DNA of 64,000 nucleotides, taken from contig OZ253564.1 of assembly GCA_965262915.1 (NCBI GenBank), positions 1,664,001 through 1,728,000 on the forward strand, given 5' to 3'. This document shows positions 49,879 to 61,131 of the stretch, in pieces. The stretch's first letter is position 1; each line of letters begins with the position of its first letter. This DNA comes from Candidatus Spongiisociaceae bacterium (lineage in GTDB: Bacteria; Actinomycetota; Acidimicrobiia; Spongiisociales; Spongiisociaceae). A program made the translations under genes and the position numbers. The notes under the pieces were generated by a model. That model was not told the DNA's origin. It was given only the letters and a program-made list of their open reading frames with translations, and did not search any database.

Positions 49879-49951
49879 TGGTCTGTCTGCAAAACGACTT
49901 GGCGTGCTCTGCTTGTGCATACCACGCAGTCATCTCACAGACGGACCACTA

Positions 49952-51457
49952 ATGGAGTCGCTTCCGGTCGCAGGCGCCAAGGCGGTGGACCGCCACCTCC
50001 TGGTCGTGTTCGGGGCCACCGGCGACCTCTACCGGCAGAAACTCGCGCCGGCTCTCTACCACCTGGTGCGCCAGTACGGGTTGGGGGACCGGTTCGTGAT
50101 ATTGGGTGTGGCCCGCTCCCAGATGAGCGACGCGGCGTTCAGGGCCGCCTCCCGGGAGGCCGTCGAGAAGGTCGCGCAGGGACAGGCGCAACCGGAAGAC
50201 CCGTGTGCCGACCCCGCCCAGTGGTGTGACGAGGTGGTGCACTACCAATCGATCGGAGACGGGCGGAGGGCATCTTACGAAACCCTCGGGCGTCGTATCG
50301 AGCGCGTCGAGGCGGCGCACGGCCTGTCCGGCAACCGGATCCTCTATCTGTCCCTGCCTCCGTCGGCGTTCGTGGCCACGGTCAGAGGCTTGGGCGCCGC
50401 GGGCCTCTCCGGGAGCGCGGGATGGACCCGGCTCGTGGTCGAGAAGCCGTTCGGCGCCGATCTCGATTCGGCTGTGGCCCTCAATGCGATCCTCCACGAA
50501 AGTTTCGACGAGCGGCAGATCTACCGGATCGATCATTACCTGGGGAAGGCGACGGTCCAGAACCTGCTGGTGTTCCGGTTCGCCAACCCCCTCTTCGAGT
50601 CGGTCTGGAACCGCGACCGCATCGACAACGTCCAGATCACGGTGGCCGAGGACGGGGGAATCGCAGACAGGGCGGACTACTACGACCGTTCGGGCGCCTT
50701 GCGGGACATGGTCCAGAATCACCTGACCCAGGTAATGAGCCTGGTGGCCATGGAGCCGCCGGTCTCCTTCGATGCCGAGGCGATCCGGGATGAGAAGGTG
50801 AAGGTCCTCCAGTCGATCAGGCCGCTCGAACCCGACGATGTCGTGCTCGGGCAGTACGCGGCCGGCCGGGCAGACGGGAGACCGGTGCGCGGCTACGTGG
50901 AGGAACCGGGGGTGGCCGACGGCACCGTCACCGAGACCTACGCCGCCCTGCGGTTGTTCATCGACAGCTGGAGGTGGCAGGGGGTCCCCTTCTACCTGCG
51001 CACCGGCAAGCGGCTGCCCACCCGGCTCACCCAGGTGGCGGTGACGTTCCGGGAGCCGCCGGTACCGCTCTTCAAGTCATTCGAGCGGGGGCGGCACCAG
51101 GGCAATGTCCTCTACGTCAGGCTCCAGCCGCACGAGGGTTTCGACCTGCTGTTCGATGTCCAGGTGCCCTCCGACCAACCCCGGTTGGCCACCATGCCCC
51201 TGACGTTCGCCTACGAGGAGGCTTTCGGCGATCTTCCCGACGCGTACGAGACGCTGCTCTACGACGTGATGACCGGCGACCGGACCCTCTTCGTCCGCTC
51301 CGACGAGGTCGAGCAGGCCTGGCGCCTGTACACACCGATTCTCGGAGCCGGAATCCGTCCCGTTCCCTACCCGGCCGGTTCGTGGGGTCCCCCGGAGGCC
51401 GAGCGGCTGATCGGACCGTACGGGGACGGCTGGACGGTGCGCCTCCCCGGCGACTAG
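49952..51457 (+). CDS. zwf: Glucose-6-phosphate 1-dehydrogenase
   Basis: FGATGDL, EKPFG, RIDHYLGK, RDMVQNH. Confidence 0.95.
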   Translation: MESLPVAGAKAVDRHLLVVFGATGDLYRQKLAPALYHLVRQYGLGDRFVILGVARSQMSDAAFRAASREAVEKVAQGQAQPEDPCADPAQWCDEVVHYQSIGDGRRASYETLGRRIERVEAAHGLSGNRILYLSLPPSAFVATVRGLGAAGLSGSAGWTRLVVEKPFGADLDSAVALNAILHESFDERQIYRIDHYLGKATVQNLLVFRFANPLFESVWNRDRIDNVQITVAEDGGIADRADYYDRSGALRDMVQNHLTQVMSLVAMEPPVSFDAEAIRDEKVKVLQSIRPLEPDDVVLGQYAAGRADGRPVRGYVEEPGVADGTVTETYAALRLFIDSWRWQGVPFYLRTGKRLPTRLTQVAVTFREPPVPLFKSFERGRHQGNVLYVRLQPHEGFDLLFDVQVPSDQPRLATMPLTFAYEEAFGDLPDAYETLLYDVMTGDRTLFVRSDEVEQAWRLYTPILGAGIRPVPYPAGSWGPPEAERLIGPYGDGWTVRLPGD

Positions 51458-51587
51458 GGAGCCGAACCGGTGGGCGGCCGGAGGTGGTTGCCCGGCTCCC
51501 CGTACCGGTGCGGGGACGCCTCGGGAAGAGCCTGCCGTTAGCCGGGTGGCCTAACTAACGTTGACCCGTCATATCCAGGGAGGACCC

Positions 51588-52178
51588 GTGGCGCACTTGG
51601 TGTCTGCCCCCGCCGCACTGATAGTGCTCGTATCTATGGTGCTCGCCGCGTGCGGGGGCGACGACGACGCCCCGGAGGAGACGCAGGTGGTGCAGACGGT
51701 GGCGTCCCTGGAGGAGACCGAACCATCCGAGACACCGGTCGAGTCGACCAGACCGCGGTTCGACGAAGGCCTGTTGCTGTTCACGGCCTGCCTGAGGGAC
51801 ATGGGAATCGAAGCACCCGACATTCCCGTCGATCCCGACGGCCGGCCGATCCTGTCATCGGACCTGGTCGAGCAGATCGACACCGAGTCCCCCGAATTCG
51901 CGGTGGCCTTCGCCAACTGTGTTCACTTCCTGACCGCAGCCTCCCCGGTCGATCTCGGCGCCGATCCCGAACTGCAGGCGGTGATCGTCGACTCCCTGCG
52001 CCGTTTCTCGTCGTGCATGCGCCAAAACGGGGTTGAGGAGTTTCCCGATCCGGCGCCCGGATGGGACGGCAACGGCTCTCCCTTCCCGGTGGCGGAGGCT
52101 TTCGACACGTCCGATCCCGATGTCGACGCGGCGCTGGAGGAGTGCTCGCAGCTCATCTCGTTCCCGAGCCTGAACTGA
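51588..52178 (+). CDS. Lipoprotein
   Basis: Lipobox LAAC; two FxxC(L/M)RxxG(I/V) repeats. Confidence 0.8.
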   Translation: MAHLVSAPAALIVLVSMVLAACGGDDDAPEETQVVQTVASLEETEPSETPVESTRPRFDEGLLLFTACLRDMGIEAPDIPVDPDGRPILSSDLVEQIDTESPEFAVAFANCVHFLTAASPVDLGADPELQAVIVDSLRRFSSCMRQNGVEEFPDPAPGWDGNGSPFPVAEAFDTSDPDVDAALEECSQLISFPSLN

Positions 52179-53248
52179 TGCCCAGGCTGGGATGGGTCGC
52201 CCTTCTTCTGGTGCTGGTGGCAGTGCTGACGGTGGGCGGCTTTCTGGCGGTGGACCGCCTGGCGGGTGACCGGCAGGACCACACGGTGGTCGAGAAACCG
52301 GAGTTGGGTAGGGCGGCGGTGGTCCGGACCGATCTGCGCAGGTCGGAGACCTTCCCGGCCTTCCTTCGCTACGGCCGCCCTCGGACGGTGTTCGCCGGGT
52401 TCGGGGGCGTAGTCACCAAGGTCCCCGAGGAGGGTGCGGTGCTCGCCATGGGTGATCCGCTGATCGAGATCGACGGCCAACCGGTGTTCGTCTTCCACGG
52501 TGAGCGACCCATGTGGCGGTCGCTGGGTCCGGCGCGGGGCGGGTCGGTGACCGAAGGGGCGGACGTCGAGCAGTTGGAGGTCAACCTGGCGGCCCTCGGG
52601 TACTCCTCCGAGATCGTGCCCGACCGGGTCTTCGACGAGGAGACCGCCCGTGCGGTCGAGCGCTGGCGGTCCGGTGCCGGTTTGGAGGCCAATGGATCGG
52701 TGGAGTTGGGCCGGATCGTGTACGTCGAGGTGCCGATCCGGGTGGGACGCAGCCTGGTCGAGGCCGGCGCCCACATCCTGGCGGGCGCGGCGATCGTCGA
52801 GGTGTCGGGCACCGATCAGGAGGTTCTCATGGAGCTTCCCGTGGACCGCAGGGACCGCATCGCGGTGGGGGACGCGTTGACGGTGCAACTGCCCGACGAC
52901 ACGAGGGCGGTCGGCACCGTTCACGATATAGGCGCGGTGGTGTTCAGCCCGGCCGGCGACAGGGGGGAGAACCTCGTAGAGGTGAGCATCTTCCTGGACG
53001 ATCCTTCCCTCGGCGAATCCTTCCACGGGTACCCGGTCGACGTCGAGATCGTGACCGAGGAGGCCGTCGGGGTCCTCGCCGTACCGGTCAAGGCCTTGGT
53101 GGCGCTCTCCGAAGGGGGATACGCGGTCGAGGTGGAGCGGGACGGGGAGCTGACCCTGGTCGGCGTCGACACCGGTATGTACGCCGACGGCCTGGTCGGG
53201 GTGCGGGGCGACCTCAGCACCGGTGACCGGGTCGTGGTTCCCAAGTAG
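52178..53248 (+). CDS. Peptidoglycan-binding membrane-fusion/adaptor protein
   Basis: [16 protein letters not shown]...[12 protein letters not shown]; VLAVPVKAL. Confidence 0.85.
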   Translation: MPRLGWVALLLVLVAVLTVGGFLAVDRLAGDRQDHTVVEKPELGRAAVVRTDLRRSETFPAFLRYGRPRTVFAGFGGVVTKVPEEGAVLAMGDPLIEIDGQPVFVFHGERPMWRSLGPARGGSVTEGADVEQLEVNLAALGYSSEIVPDRVFDEETARAVERWRSGAGLEANGSVELGRIVYVEVPIRVGRSLVEAGAHILAGAAIVEVSGTDQEVLMELPVDRRDRIAVGDALTVQLPDDTRAVGTVHDIGAVVFSPAGDRGENLVEVSIFLDDPSLGESFHGYPVDVEIVTEEAVGVLAVPVKALVALSEGGYAVEVERDGELTLVGVDTGMYADGLVGVRGDLSTGDRVVVPK

Positions 53249-53253
53249 GCGCC

Positions 53254-53967
53254 GTGCCGTCCGCGCCGCCCGCAGCCGACGCTCCCGGATCCCCCTCCCT
53301 CGAACTGTCAGAGGTGACCAAGGTGTACCCGGGGCCGCCGCCCGTGGCCGCTCTGGCCGGGGTCAGCCTGACGATCCGGCCGGGTGAACTCGTGGCCGTG
53401 GTCGGCCCCTCCGGTTCGGGCAAGTCCACCCTCCTCAACCTCATGGGCGGGCTGGACCGCCCCACGTCGGGATCGGTGAGGGTGGCCGGCCGGGAACTGA
53501 CCGAACTGGACGACCGCTCGCTGTCCGGCATCAGGGCGGGAACGATCGGCTTCGTGTTCCAGGAGTTCTTCCTCCTCCCTCGGACTCCCGCCCTCGACAA
53601 CGTGGCCGAAGGCCTCCGCTACCGGGGAGTGCCGACCCGCGTCCGGAGGCAGAAGGCCGAGGCGGCGCTGCGGCGCGTGGGTCTCGGACACAGGATGCAC
53701 CACCTGCCGGATCAGCTGTCCGGCGGCGAGCGCCAGCGGGTGGCCATCGCCAGAGCGCTGGTCGGCCGCCCGGCGGTGGTGTTCGCCGACGAGCCGACCG
53801 GCAACCTGGACAGCGCTACCAGCCGGGAGATAACCGACCTGTTCACCGAGTTGAACGCCGAGGGCGCCACCATCGTCGCCATCACCCACGATCCCGAGGT
53901 GGCCTCCTGCTTCCCCAGGCGGATAGTGATGCGGGACGGGTCGGTGGTGGCGGAGGAACACACATGA
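53254..53967 (+). CDS. ABC transporter ATP-binding protein (MacB/LolD-like)
   Basis: [33 protein letters not shown]. Confidence 0.95.
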   Translation: MPSAPPAADAPGSPSLELSEVTKVYPGPPPVAALAGVSLTIRPGELVAVVGPSGSGKSTLLNLMGGLDRPTSGSVRVAGRELTELDDRSLSGIRAGTIGFVFQEFFLLPRTPALDNVAEGLRYRGVPTRVRRQKAEAALRRVGLGHRMHHLPDQLSGGERQRVAIARALVGRPAVVFADEPTGNLDSATSREITDLFTELNAEGATIVAITHDPEVASCFPRRIVMRDGSVVAEEHT

Positions 53968-55148
53968 GAAGCCGGCTCCGGATCGGTGATGTCCTCAGCC
54001 TCAGCCTCACCGGTCTCCGGTTCCACCTCGGGCGCACGGTGCTGACCGCGCTGGGCATCGCCTTCGGGATAGCCGCCATCGTCGCCGTTCTGGGTATCTC
54101 GGCATCGGGCCGGGCTGCGTTGCTCGCCCAGCTCGACCGGCTGGGCACCAACCTCATCCGGGTCACCCCTTCCAGCGGGGTATTCGGCAACGCCGACGGT
54201 CTCCCCCCCGAGTCGGTTGCCATGCTGGGGAGGGTGGGGCCCGTCGAACGAGTCACGTCCACGGCCCTGCTCGACGTCGACGTGCTGGTCAACGACCTCG
54301 TCTCTCCCCTGGAGACCGGCGGCCTGTCCGTGCTGGCCGTTCCCGCCAACCTTCCCGGGGCGCTGAACACCCCCATGCTCGCCGGAAGGTTCCTCGACGA
54401 TGCCTCCGCCACCCTTCCCACGACCGTGCTGGGGAGGATCGCGGCCGAACGCCTGGGGATCGACGACGTGGGCCGGTCCCGCCGGGTCTACATAGGCGGG
54501 GAGTGGTTCGAGGTGATCGGCATCCTCGACGAGATGACGCTGCATCCCGACATCGAGCGCGCCGCCCTCATAGGCGAGCCGGTGGCGCGGGACCTGTTCA
54601 TCGAGGACCTCAAGCCAACCGCCCTCTACGCCCGGGTCCACCCCAGGCACGTGGACGATGTCCTCGAGGTGATCCCGGCCACCGTCAACCCGGAGAACCC
54701 CGACCGGGTGGCGATCGTCCGCCCCGCCGACGCGCTGGTGGCCCGGCGCCAAGCCGAGGAGGCTCTCACCACCCTGCTGGTAAGCCTGGGAAGCGTCGCC
54801 CTCCTGGTCGGAGGCGTGGCGATCGCGAATGTCATGGTGATGTCGGTGCTGGAGAGGCGCATGGAGATCGGAGTGCGCCGGGCCCTCGGCGCCACCAAAC
54901 GCCACGTCCGGTTGCAGTTCATGGGCGAGGCGATCCTCCTGGCCGGCATCGGCGGAGTGCTGGGAGTGGGCGTGGGCGCCACGATCACCGTCGCCTTCGC
55001 CATCAGCCGGGACCTGACCCTGTCGGTGCCCCTGGCCGGGCTAGCGGGAAGCGTCCTCGTCGCCCTGGTGATCGGCGCCCTCGCCGGTATCTACCCCGCC
55101 ACCCGAGCCGCCCGGATCCCGCCCGCCGAAGCGGTCCGCTCCGCCTGA
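53964..55148 (+). CDS. ABC transporter permease (MacB/FtsX-like)
   Basis: [17 protein letters not shown]; [13 protein letters not shown]. Confidence 0.92.
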   Translation: MRSRLRIGDVLSLSLTGLRFHLGRTVLTALGIAFGIAAIVAVLGISASGRAALLAQLDRLGTNLIRVTPSSGVFGNADGLPPESVAMLGRVGPVERVTSTALLDVDVLVNDLVSPLETGGLSVLAVPANLPGALNTPMLAGRFLDDASATLPTTVLGRIAAERLGIDDVGRSRRVYIGGEWFEVIGILDEMTLHPDIERAALIGEPVARDLFIEDLKPTALYARVHPRHVDDVLEVIPATVNPENPDRVAIVRPADALVARRQAEEALTTLLVSLGSVALLVGGVAIANVMVMSVLERRMEIGVRRALGATKRHVRLQFMGEAILLAGIGGVLGVGVGATITVAFAISRDLTLSVPLAGLAGSVLVALVIGALAGIYPATRAARIPPAEAVRSA

Positions 55149-55205
55149 TTCTCGGAGCGATCCGTCGGTGGGTTACCGGTCGGATCCTCTAGAATGCCCC
55201 ATCCA

Positions 55206-55278
55206 GGGCGTTTAGCTCAGCTGGGAGAGCGCTTCCCTTACAAGGAAGAGGTCGGCGGTTCGAGTCCGTCAACGCCCA
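55206..55278 (+). tRNA. tRNA-Val (TAC)
   Basis: GGGCGTT/AACGCCC acceptor stem, CTTCC-CTTACAA-GGAAG anticodon arm, GGTTCGAGTCC T arm; TAGAAT upstream; CCA not encoded. Confidence 0.97.
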
Positions 55279-55447
55279 CGGTGGTTTCATAAGGATTCAT
55301 ACCATGCCTTGAAACCCCTATCTACCAGTGCTTTCATGCCCAACCACCCAGAATCCTCGGTTACACAAGCACCCGCTTTGTTTCACCTATTTGCACCGAT
55401 AATGTTACATCACAAGTAAGCCGTATCGACTAGCTCTAACTTGCGAA

Positions 55448-56263
55448 GTGAGAATGCGGCGACCCAAAACACTCACCGCAGCCTTTTGCAGGACCATTTC
55501 CACGCCGGGAACCTACGGCGACGGACGCGGCGGCTTCGGTCTTACGTTCCGAGTCAAGCGGACCCGCAACGGCCGGCTGTCAAAAGTGTGGGCCCAACGG
55601 GTTGTAATCGGTGGGAAACCGACCTATCTAGGGCTCGGCACCTATCCGACGGTGACGCTGGCCGAGGCCCGGCGGCGAGCGCTCAAGAACCGCCGAGAGA
55701 TCGAAGCGGGCAGAGACCCGCGAGGCGGCGGGATCCCTACCTTCGCGCGGGCGACCGAAAAGGTGATCGCCCTGCACCGTGACGGCTGGAAGCCGGGTAG
55801 CCGAACAGAGTCGGCATGGCGTAGCGGATTCATCCACCATGTCTATCCGAAGCTCGGTCACAGGCGAGTCGATGTGATCACCACCGCAGACGTGTTGGCT
55901 GTGCTCTCCCCCATTTGGCACACGGCACCACGACAGGCCGAAGTTCTTACGGCGGCGGATCAGCCAAGTCATGCGCTGGGCGGTAGCGCAGGGCTACCGG
56001 CCGGACGATGCCGCAGGGCCAGCTCTCACCGCGGTCTTACCGAAGCGCACCAACGCGACGACTCACCACCGGGCTCTCCACCATTCTGATGTAGCAGCCG
56101 CTTTGCGGAAGGTCCGGGAGTCAGGTGTAGCCACATCAACCCGGTTGGCCATCGAGTTCCTGGCCCTCACTGCTGCCAGAACAAGCGAAGTCAGGCTTGC
56201 TACCAGATCTGAAATCGACCGCCAGGGTGGAATGTGGACGATTCCCGCCGAGAGAATGAAAGC
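55448..56263 (+). pseudogene. P4/IntA-type tyrosine integrase, frameshifted and truncated by ISL3
   Basis: GLGTYPTVTLAEARRRA arm domain; frameshift near 55950; LTAARTSEVR...WTIPAERMK cut at the IS end. Confidence 0.85.
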
Positions 56264-57703
56264 GGCTCATCGCGTTTCAGTGGGGAGTGACGGTCGCGAG
56301 TAGGTCCCAGTTGGGTTTCCCGGCGTAGAGAAGGGCCCGTATTCGGTAGTTCGCGAAGTTGGGTAACCCGAACGCTGCTCGTTTGATCCGTTTGATTAGG
56401 TTGTTGAGGGCTTCGGTGGCGTCTGTTGGTTACCTTCGAGATGTGCCAGTTGGTGATCTGGGGGGTCCAGCGGGCGATGGTGCGACCCAGCTTGTTGATC
56501 TCGGGTGGGCAGGATTCGTCCTGGAGGTCGTCTGCGAGCTGGAGGGTGTATCGGAGAGCAAGGACCGGACTCTCGATCCCGTAGATGCCCCGTACCGTTT
56601 CGGTTGCGTGCCAGGCTGTGCGTACCTCGCCGTGGGGGTCACCGGCATCGAGGAGGCCACGCAGCCGTGTTTGGCCGCGGTCGCTGATCCTCTCATGCGC
56701 GGCGGTGAGGAGGCGGCGTATCCGATACAGCGGGTCATCCTTGCGGCCTCTGTGTCCCAGGGTCTCGTTTTGGACTCTTCGTCGTACTTCGTCGAGACGC
56801 TGGTTGGCGAGGCGGCTGACACCGAACGGGTCCGCTACCCCGGGGGCGTGGGGCAGCACCCTGTCATACGCCTTCCGATACGAACCGGACATGACCCGAC
56901 ACCGCCCAGCGGATAGCCTCACACCATTCGGTGGGCTGCGCCCGGAACCAGGCTGCGGCGCTTTCTGCCGTTCTACCACCGACTATGTCGAACCGGCTGG
57001 TGGCCTCCCACGTCGACGACAGAGGTGCACCAGACCTTGGTACGCCACCGGCCTTTCCGCCAGAACAACGATTCTTGTCGATGCCCACAGCTTGGACCTC
57101 GCCTATCCGGTCGGTGTCGGCCCCCAGGAGGGCTTCGCCCCAGCGGCCGACCTCGTTGTTCACCGTATGCCACCCACAACCAAGCTCTGCGGCGACCTCG
57201 TCGACCGGGCGACCCCGCCCACCCACCCCGATGGTCACCCACCGGGCCGCTCGGGATGTCAACAACGCCCGTTGGGGACCAATCGTGGGGTCTTGTTCGA
57301 TGAACGATCTGAGCGCACAGTCGGTGTTCGGACATGTCCAACGGCGTTTCCGCCACCGCAGCCGAACCGGACGGCCGAACGCCGGTAAATCCACCAACAC
57401 CACCGTCCGCTCACCCTTGGACCACACCGGGCCACCACAGGCCTCACAGGACGGCCGGGGCTTGCGAGACCCGATCACCACCCCAAGCGGTGCACCCTCG
57501 CCCGAGTCGTTGATCCCCACCAGGTCAACGTCGCCTAGGCCTACCAACTTCTCGCACATGCGCGCAGGGATCAGCTTCCACAGGGGTCCTCCTGCCTCGG
57601 ATGTCGCTTATCAACAGCCGATTATGGAGGACCCCTCCTCACTTCTGGTGGATTCCGATCCCCCCTGGCAGATCCCCTACTCCCCACCCATTCGCGAAGA
57701 GCC
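56264..57703 (-). mobile_element. ISL3-family IS with a multiply frameshifted transposase
   Basis: Imperfect IRs GGCTCATCGCG..GTGGGGAGT / GGCTCTTCGCG..GTGGGGAGT; CEACG, WRKRRWTC, GID, DPF motifs across frames; no TSD seen. Confidence 0.85.
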
Positions 57704-57742
57704 ACTTTGCTTCGCTAACGCCTGTACTTCGCCTAACGACAC

Positions 57743-58054
57743 TCAGACAGCGTGAGCGGGCGTGTGAACGACGATGTTGTCGAGCCGTTCTGATAGGCGG
57801 TCTTGGGTGACTTCAAGATCGTACTGGGCCTGTAGTCCCATCCAGAAGCCCGGAGAGTTCCCGAAGAAGCGCCCTAGCAGCAGAGCCGTCTCCGCGGTTA
57901 TGGACCGCTGCCCGTGAACGATGGCATGAATGCGCCTCGGGTCCACACCGATGGATTTCGCCAAGCGATACTGCGTGATGCTCATAGGGGCGAGGAACTC
58001 CTCGTTCAGGATCTCGCCGGGGTGGATGGGCGGTAGCTTCGTTTCGGTGCTCAT
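57743..58054 (-). CDS. higA: HigA-family antitoxin
   Basis: PPIHPGEILNEEFL...RSITAETALLLGRFFGNSPGFWMGLQ. Confidence 0.92.
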   Translation of the reverse strand: MSTETKLPPIHPGEILNEEFLAPMSITQYRLAKSIGVDPRRIHAIVHGQRSITAETALLLGRFFGNSPGFWMGLQAQYDLEVTQDRLSERLDNIVVHTPAHAV

Positions 58055-58066
58055 CGTTCCTCCACG

Positions 58067-58349
58067 TCAGTGGTAGTCCACTATTTCGACTTGGTGAGCG
58101 TTGCCGTCACTCCAGACGAAGCAGATCCGCCACTGGTCGTTGATGCGAATGCTTGTGCTGCTCATCGCGGTCACCCGACAGAGCCTCCAACCTGTTTCCT
58201 GGCGGTATCCGTAGATCGTTGAGGTTTGTGGCGTTGTTCAGGATCATCAGCTTCCTCTGTGCTCGACGCTGGATATCCTCGGGCAGTCCGCGGACACGAC
58301 GGCGTTCGGCAACCGCCCGTGTGTCCTTGTCCCGGTAGCTCCGGATCAC
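58067..58349 (-). pseudogene. higB: HigB/RelE toxin with +1 frameshift
   Basis: IRSYRDK...DLRIPPGNRLEALSGDR then SIRINDQWRICFVW...EIVDYH in another frame; 283 bp. Confidence 0.85.
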
Positions 58350-58429
58350 TATCGGATAGTAGCATCTGTCGCTACTAGTGGTGAGCGCTAACTCGTTCGG
58401 CGGTGATCCGACCTGTGGCGTCCCACAGT

Positions 58430-58560
58430 CGAAGGAGCCATCGGTAAAGGTCCATCCCGACGTTGTCGGCGCTCTCAAGAGGTGGCGTCTCCCAGGCCAT
58501 CGGACGATCCGGAGGGGGATTGAGAGCCAAGATCCACATGGCCGCAGCCGACGCCCGTAC
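58430..58560 (+). pseudogene. IS5-family (IS427-like) transposase fragment
   Basis: VKVHPDVVGALK and AIGRSGGGLRAKIHMAA in adjacent frames. Confidence 0.6.
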
Positions 58561-59039
58561 CGCAATCAAATCCGCTCATTCCCCAGGCCTCGTTACCGAT
58601 GACTGCTGTACGACGAGACGAGAGGTGTCCCGCTACTGATACCGGTCGCAGTGGCTCGCAACGGCGCGTGCGCTGGGCGATGCGCTCTAAATCCCCGAGG
58701 ATCGGCGCGTAATCGTGTTTCAGTCCCAGTTCGGTCCCGAGCCATGGTTGAAGCCTCGTACCGCGACCGTGCTGGAGGAACTCGCTGCTCAGGCCGTGTG
58801 GCCTACCGCCATCTTGGCGCCCGGATTCGTCGCGGACTGCCTGCAGACCCTAGAGGAGTTAGGGATACGCGGAGTCTCGTGACGGAGGCGCCTGTCCGGG
58901 CCGTGACCGGTTCCGGTGCCGGCGACCGGCTAGAATAGGTTGAGGGGATCCATCCGGTGGCTTACGGGAGCCGTCCGTAACCGCGGGCTGAGGATCGCGC
59001 CCAGAGGATCCCTTATTCGAACTCCGGAGCGGGTCAACT

Positions 59040-59999
59040 ATGCTACACGTCGCCGCGGGTACGCGATCGGGCCGGGCAAGATACAGAACGGTGACGCTGC
59101 TGAGCCTGGTAGCGGTGATCGCGCAGGTCGCTCTGGGAGGAGTCGTCCGGGTCACCGGTTCCGGAGATGCATGCCCGGATTGGCCGCTATGCCACGGACA
59201 GATAATCCCACCCCTCGACTACCACATCTGGCTCGAGTTCACCCACCGCTTGGCGGCGACCGCCGTGGGGTTCTTGGTCGTGGCTTCGCTCGTGCTGGCT
59301 TGGCGACACTTGCGGACATCGAAACCTGCGATCGTCGCCACGGGCGCGAGCACGATACTGGTGGTCGCGGCGGCGATCCTCGGTGGCCTCACCGTACTGA
59401 GCGAACTCTCATGGTGGACAAGGCTGATCCACTTGGGGCTGGCCGAGTTGACCGTGGCGGGTCTCGCCGTTGCCTGGCTGGCCGGTCCGCCTGATGATCG
59501 ATCCGATGGTCCACAGAACCTCGATACCAGGGTTTCCAGGCAGGATCGGAGGCTGGCGTGGGCCGCCTTGAGCGGTCTGCTGGTAGCCATCCTCTTCGGT
59601 TCCTACATGGTGGGGATGAACTACGGGGCTGCTTGTCCGAGTTGGCCGCTCTGCATCGGTAACAACCTCCCCGGAGGTACGCCGTTCGTCGTCAACATGG
59701 CCCATCGATACATGGTGGCCATCGTGGCCCTACTCGTGCTGCGTACCTGCTTCGTGGCTTGGAAGCAGGGAGCGGCATGGGGGCAACTACGTTGGCTGGT
59801 GGTGCTCACGGCCGGGTTCCTGGTGATCGAGATCGGGGTAGGGGCACTGACGGCATGGATGGGTTCGGCCCCTCTCATAGCGTCCCTGCATCTGGTCTTC
59901 GCCACGATGTCCTGGGTCTCGATGGTGTTGATGGTCGCGATGCAGTTCGATCCCGGAACTTTCCGGGTGAGGACCCGGCATCCGGGGTCCGCCGGTTGA
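59040..59999 (+). CDS. ctaA: Heme A synthase (COX15/CtaA)
   Basis: GGVVRVTGSGDACPDWPLC, EFTHRL, CPSWPLC, MAHRY. Confidence 0.9.
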   Translation: MLHVAAGTRSGRARYRTVTLLSLVAVIAQVALGGVVRVTGSGDACPDWPLCHGQIIPPLDYHIWLEFTHRLAATAVGFLVVASLVLAWRHLRTSKPAIVATGASTILVVAAAILGGLTVLSELSWWTRLIHLGLAELTVAGLAVAWLAGPPDDRSDGPQNLDTRVSRQDRRLAWAALSGLLVAILFGSYMVGMNYGAACPSWPLCIGNNLPGGTPFVVNMAHRYMVAIVALLVLRTCFVAWKQGAAWGQLRWLVVLTAGFLVIEIGVGALTAWMGSAPLIASLHLVFATMSWVSMVLMVAMQFDPGTFRVRTRHPGSAG

Positions 60000-60898
60000 C
60001 GCTGGCTCCAGGCACTCGTGTATCCAGGGTCGTGAGCGACTACGTCGCGCTTACCAAACCCCGGATGACCTTCCTTCTGCTGATCACGGCGGTGGGGAGC
60101 ATGTTCCTGGCCGCTAAGGGCTGGCCGGATCCCCCGCTGACCGCCTTGGTCGTTGTCTCCGGCTACCTGGCGGCAGGCGGAGCCAACGCGCTCAACCACG
60201 GCGCCGAACGCGACATAGACCGGAGGATGGTCCGGACCCGCGCCCGCCCCGTAGCCGGCGGGAGGGTCTCGAAATGGCAGGCTTACGGCTTCGGGATCCT
60301 TCTCAACCTGGGCGCCTTCGTGATCCTGGCCGGCTTCGTGAACGTTCTCAGCGGCCTGCTCGCCGTGGTCGGCACCCTCATCTACCTGTTCGTATACACC
60401 AAGGGTCTCAAGCGGACGACGCCCCAGAACATCGTCATCGGCGGTGCCGCCGGCGCGGTTCCACCCCTGGTCGGTTGGGCGGCGGTGACCGGGACGGTCC
60501 AGCTACCGGCCATCTACCTGTTTGCCATCATCTTCCTGTGGACGCCGCCGCACTTCTGGGCTCTGGCATTGCTGATCAAGGACGACTACGCCCGCGCCGG
60601 GATCCCGATGCTTCCGGTCGTTACCACGCTGGCTGCGACCAAGCGCCAGATCTTGGTCTACACGGTGGTACTGGTCGTGGTTTCCGCGACGTTCGTCGCC
60701 ACCGGCGCCGTCGGATGGATCTACCTGGTCGGCGCCTTCGCACTTGGCACAGGTTTCATCATCCGGGCAGTCCGGCTCGCACGCGGTGAAGGAACCGAGG
60801 GCGCCAAGGCGTTGTACCTGTTCTCACTGGTATATCTGGCCCTGCTCTTCGGCGCCGTGATAGCCGATTCGTTGGTGAACCGGTACGTCCTCGGTTGA
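59996..60898 (+). CDS. ctaB: Protoheme IX farnesyltransferase (heme O synthase)
   Basis: LTKPR, ERDIDRRMVRTRARP, WTPPHFWAL, DDYARAGIPMLP. Confidence 0.93.
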   Translation: MTLAPGTRVSRVVSDYVALTKPRMTFLLLITAVGSMFLAAKGWPDPPLTALVVVSGYLAAGGANALNHGAERDIDRRMVRTRARPVAGGRVSKWQAYGFGILLNLGAFVILAGFVNVLSGLLAVVGTLIYLFVYTKGLKRTTPQNIVIGGAAGAVPPLVGWAAVTGTVQLPAIYLFAIIFLWTPPHFWALALLIKDDYARAGIPMLPVVTTLAATKRQILVYTVVLVVVSATFVATGAVGWIYLVGAFALGTGFIIRAVRLARGEGTEGAKALYLFSLVYLALLFGAVIADSLVNRYVLG

Positions 60899-61131
60899 TC
60901 CCGTCGATGCTGGGGGGCGCACCACCCGAGGAACAGGATGAGCCTAGCCCCATCGACACCATCGTCACCAGCGCCCGAGTTCCAAGACCGGTGGGCCATG
61001 GTTGGCCTCGGTCCCCCAGAATGCGTTCTCTGTTTGACGCACCCCGGGCGCTATCGCCGGGTGCGTAACCCCCGGTCATCGGGCAACAGGCCCAAAATGC
61101 GGACGGTCCACCCCCCTGTGCAGAGGCTAAG

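Noticed and set aside
37477-54905. Long antisense/alternate-frame ORFs (37477-38907, 38953-40218, 43827-45227, 53712-54905 and others)
   Set aside because: Shadow ORFs of well-supported high-GC genes; no recognisable motifs.
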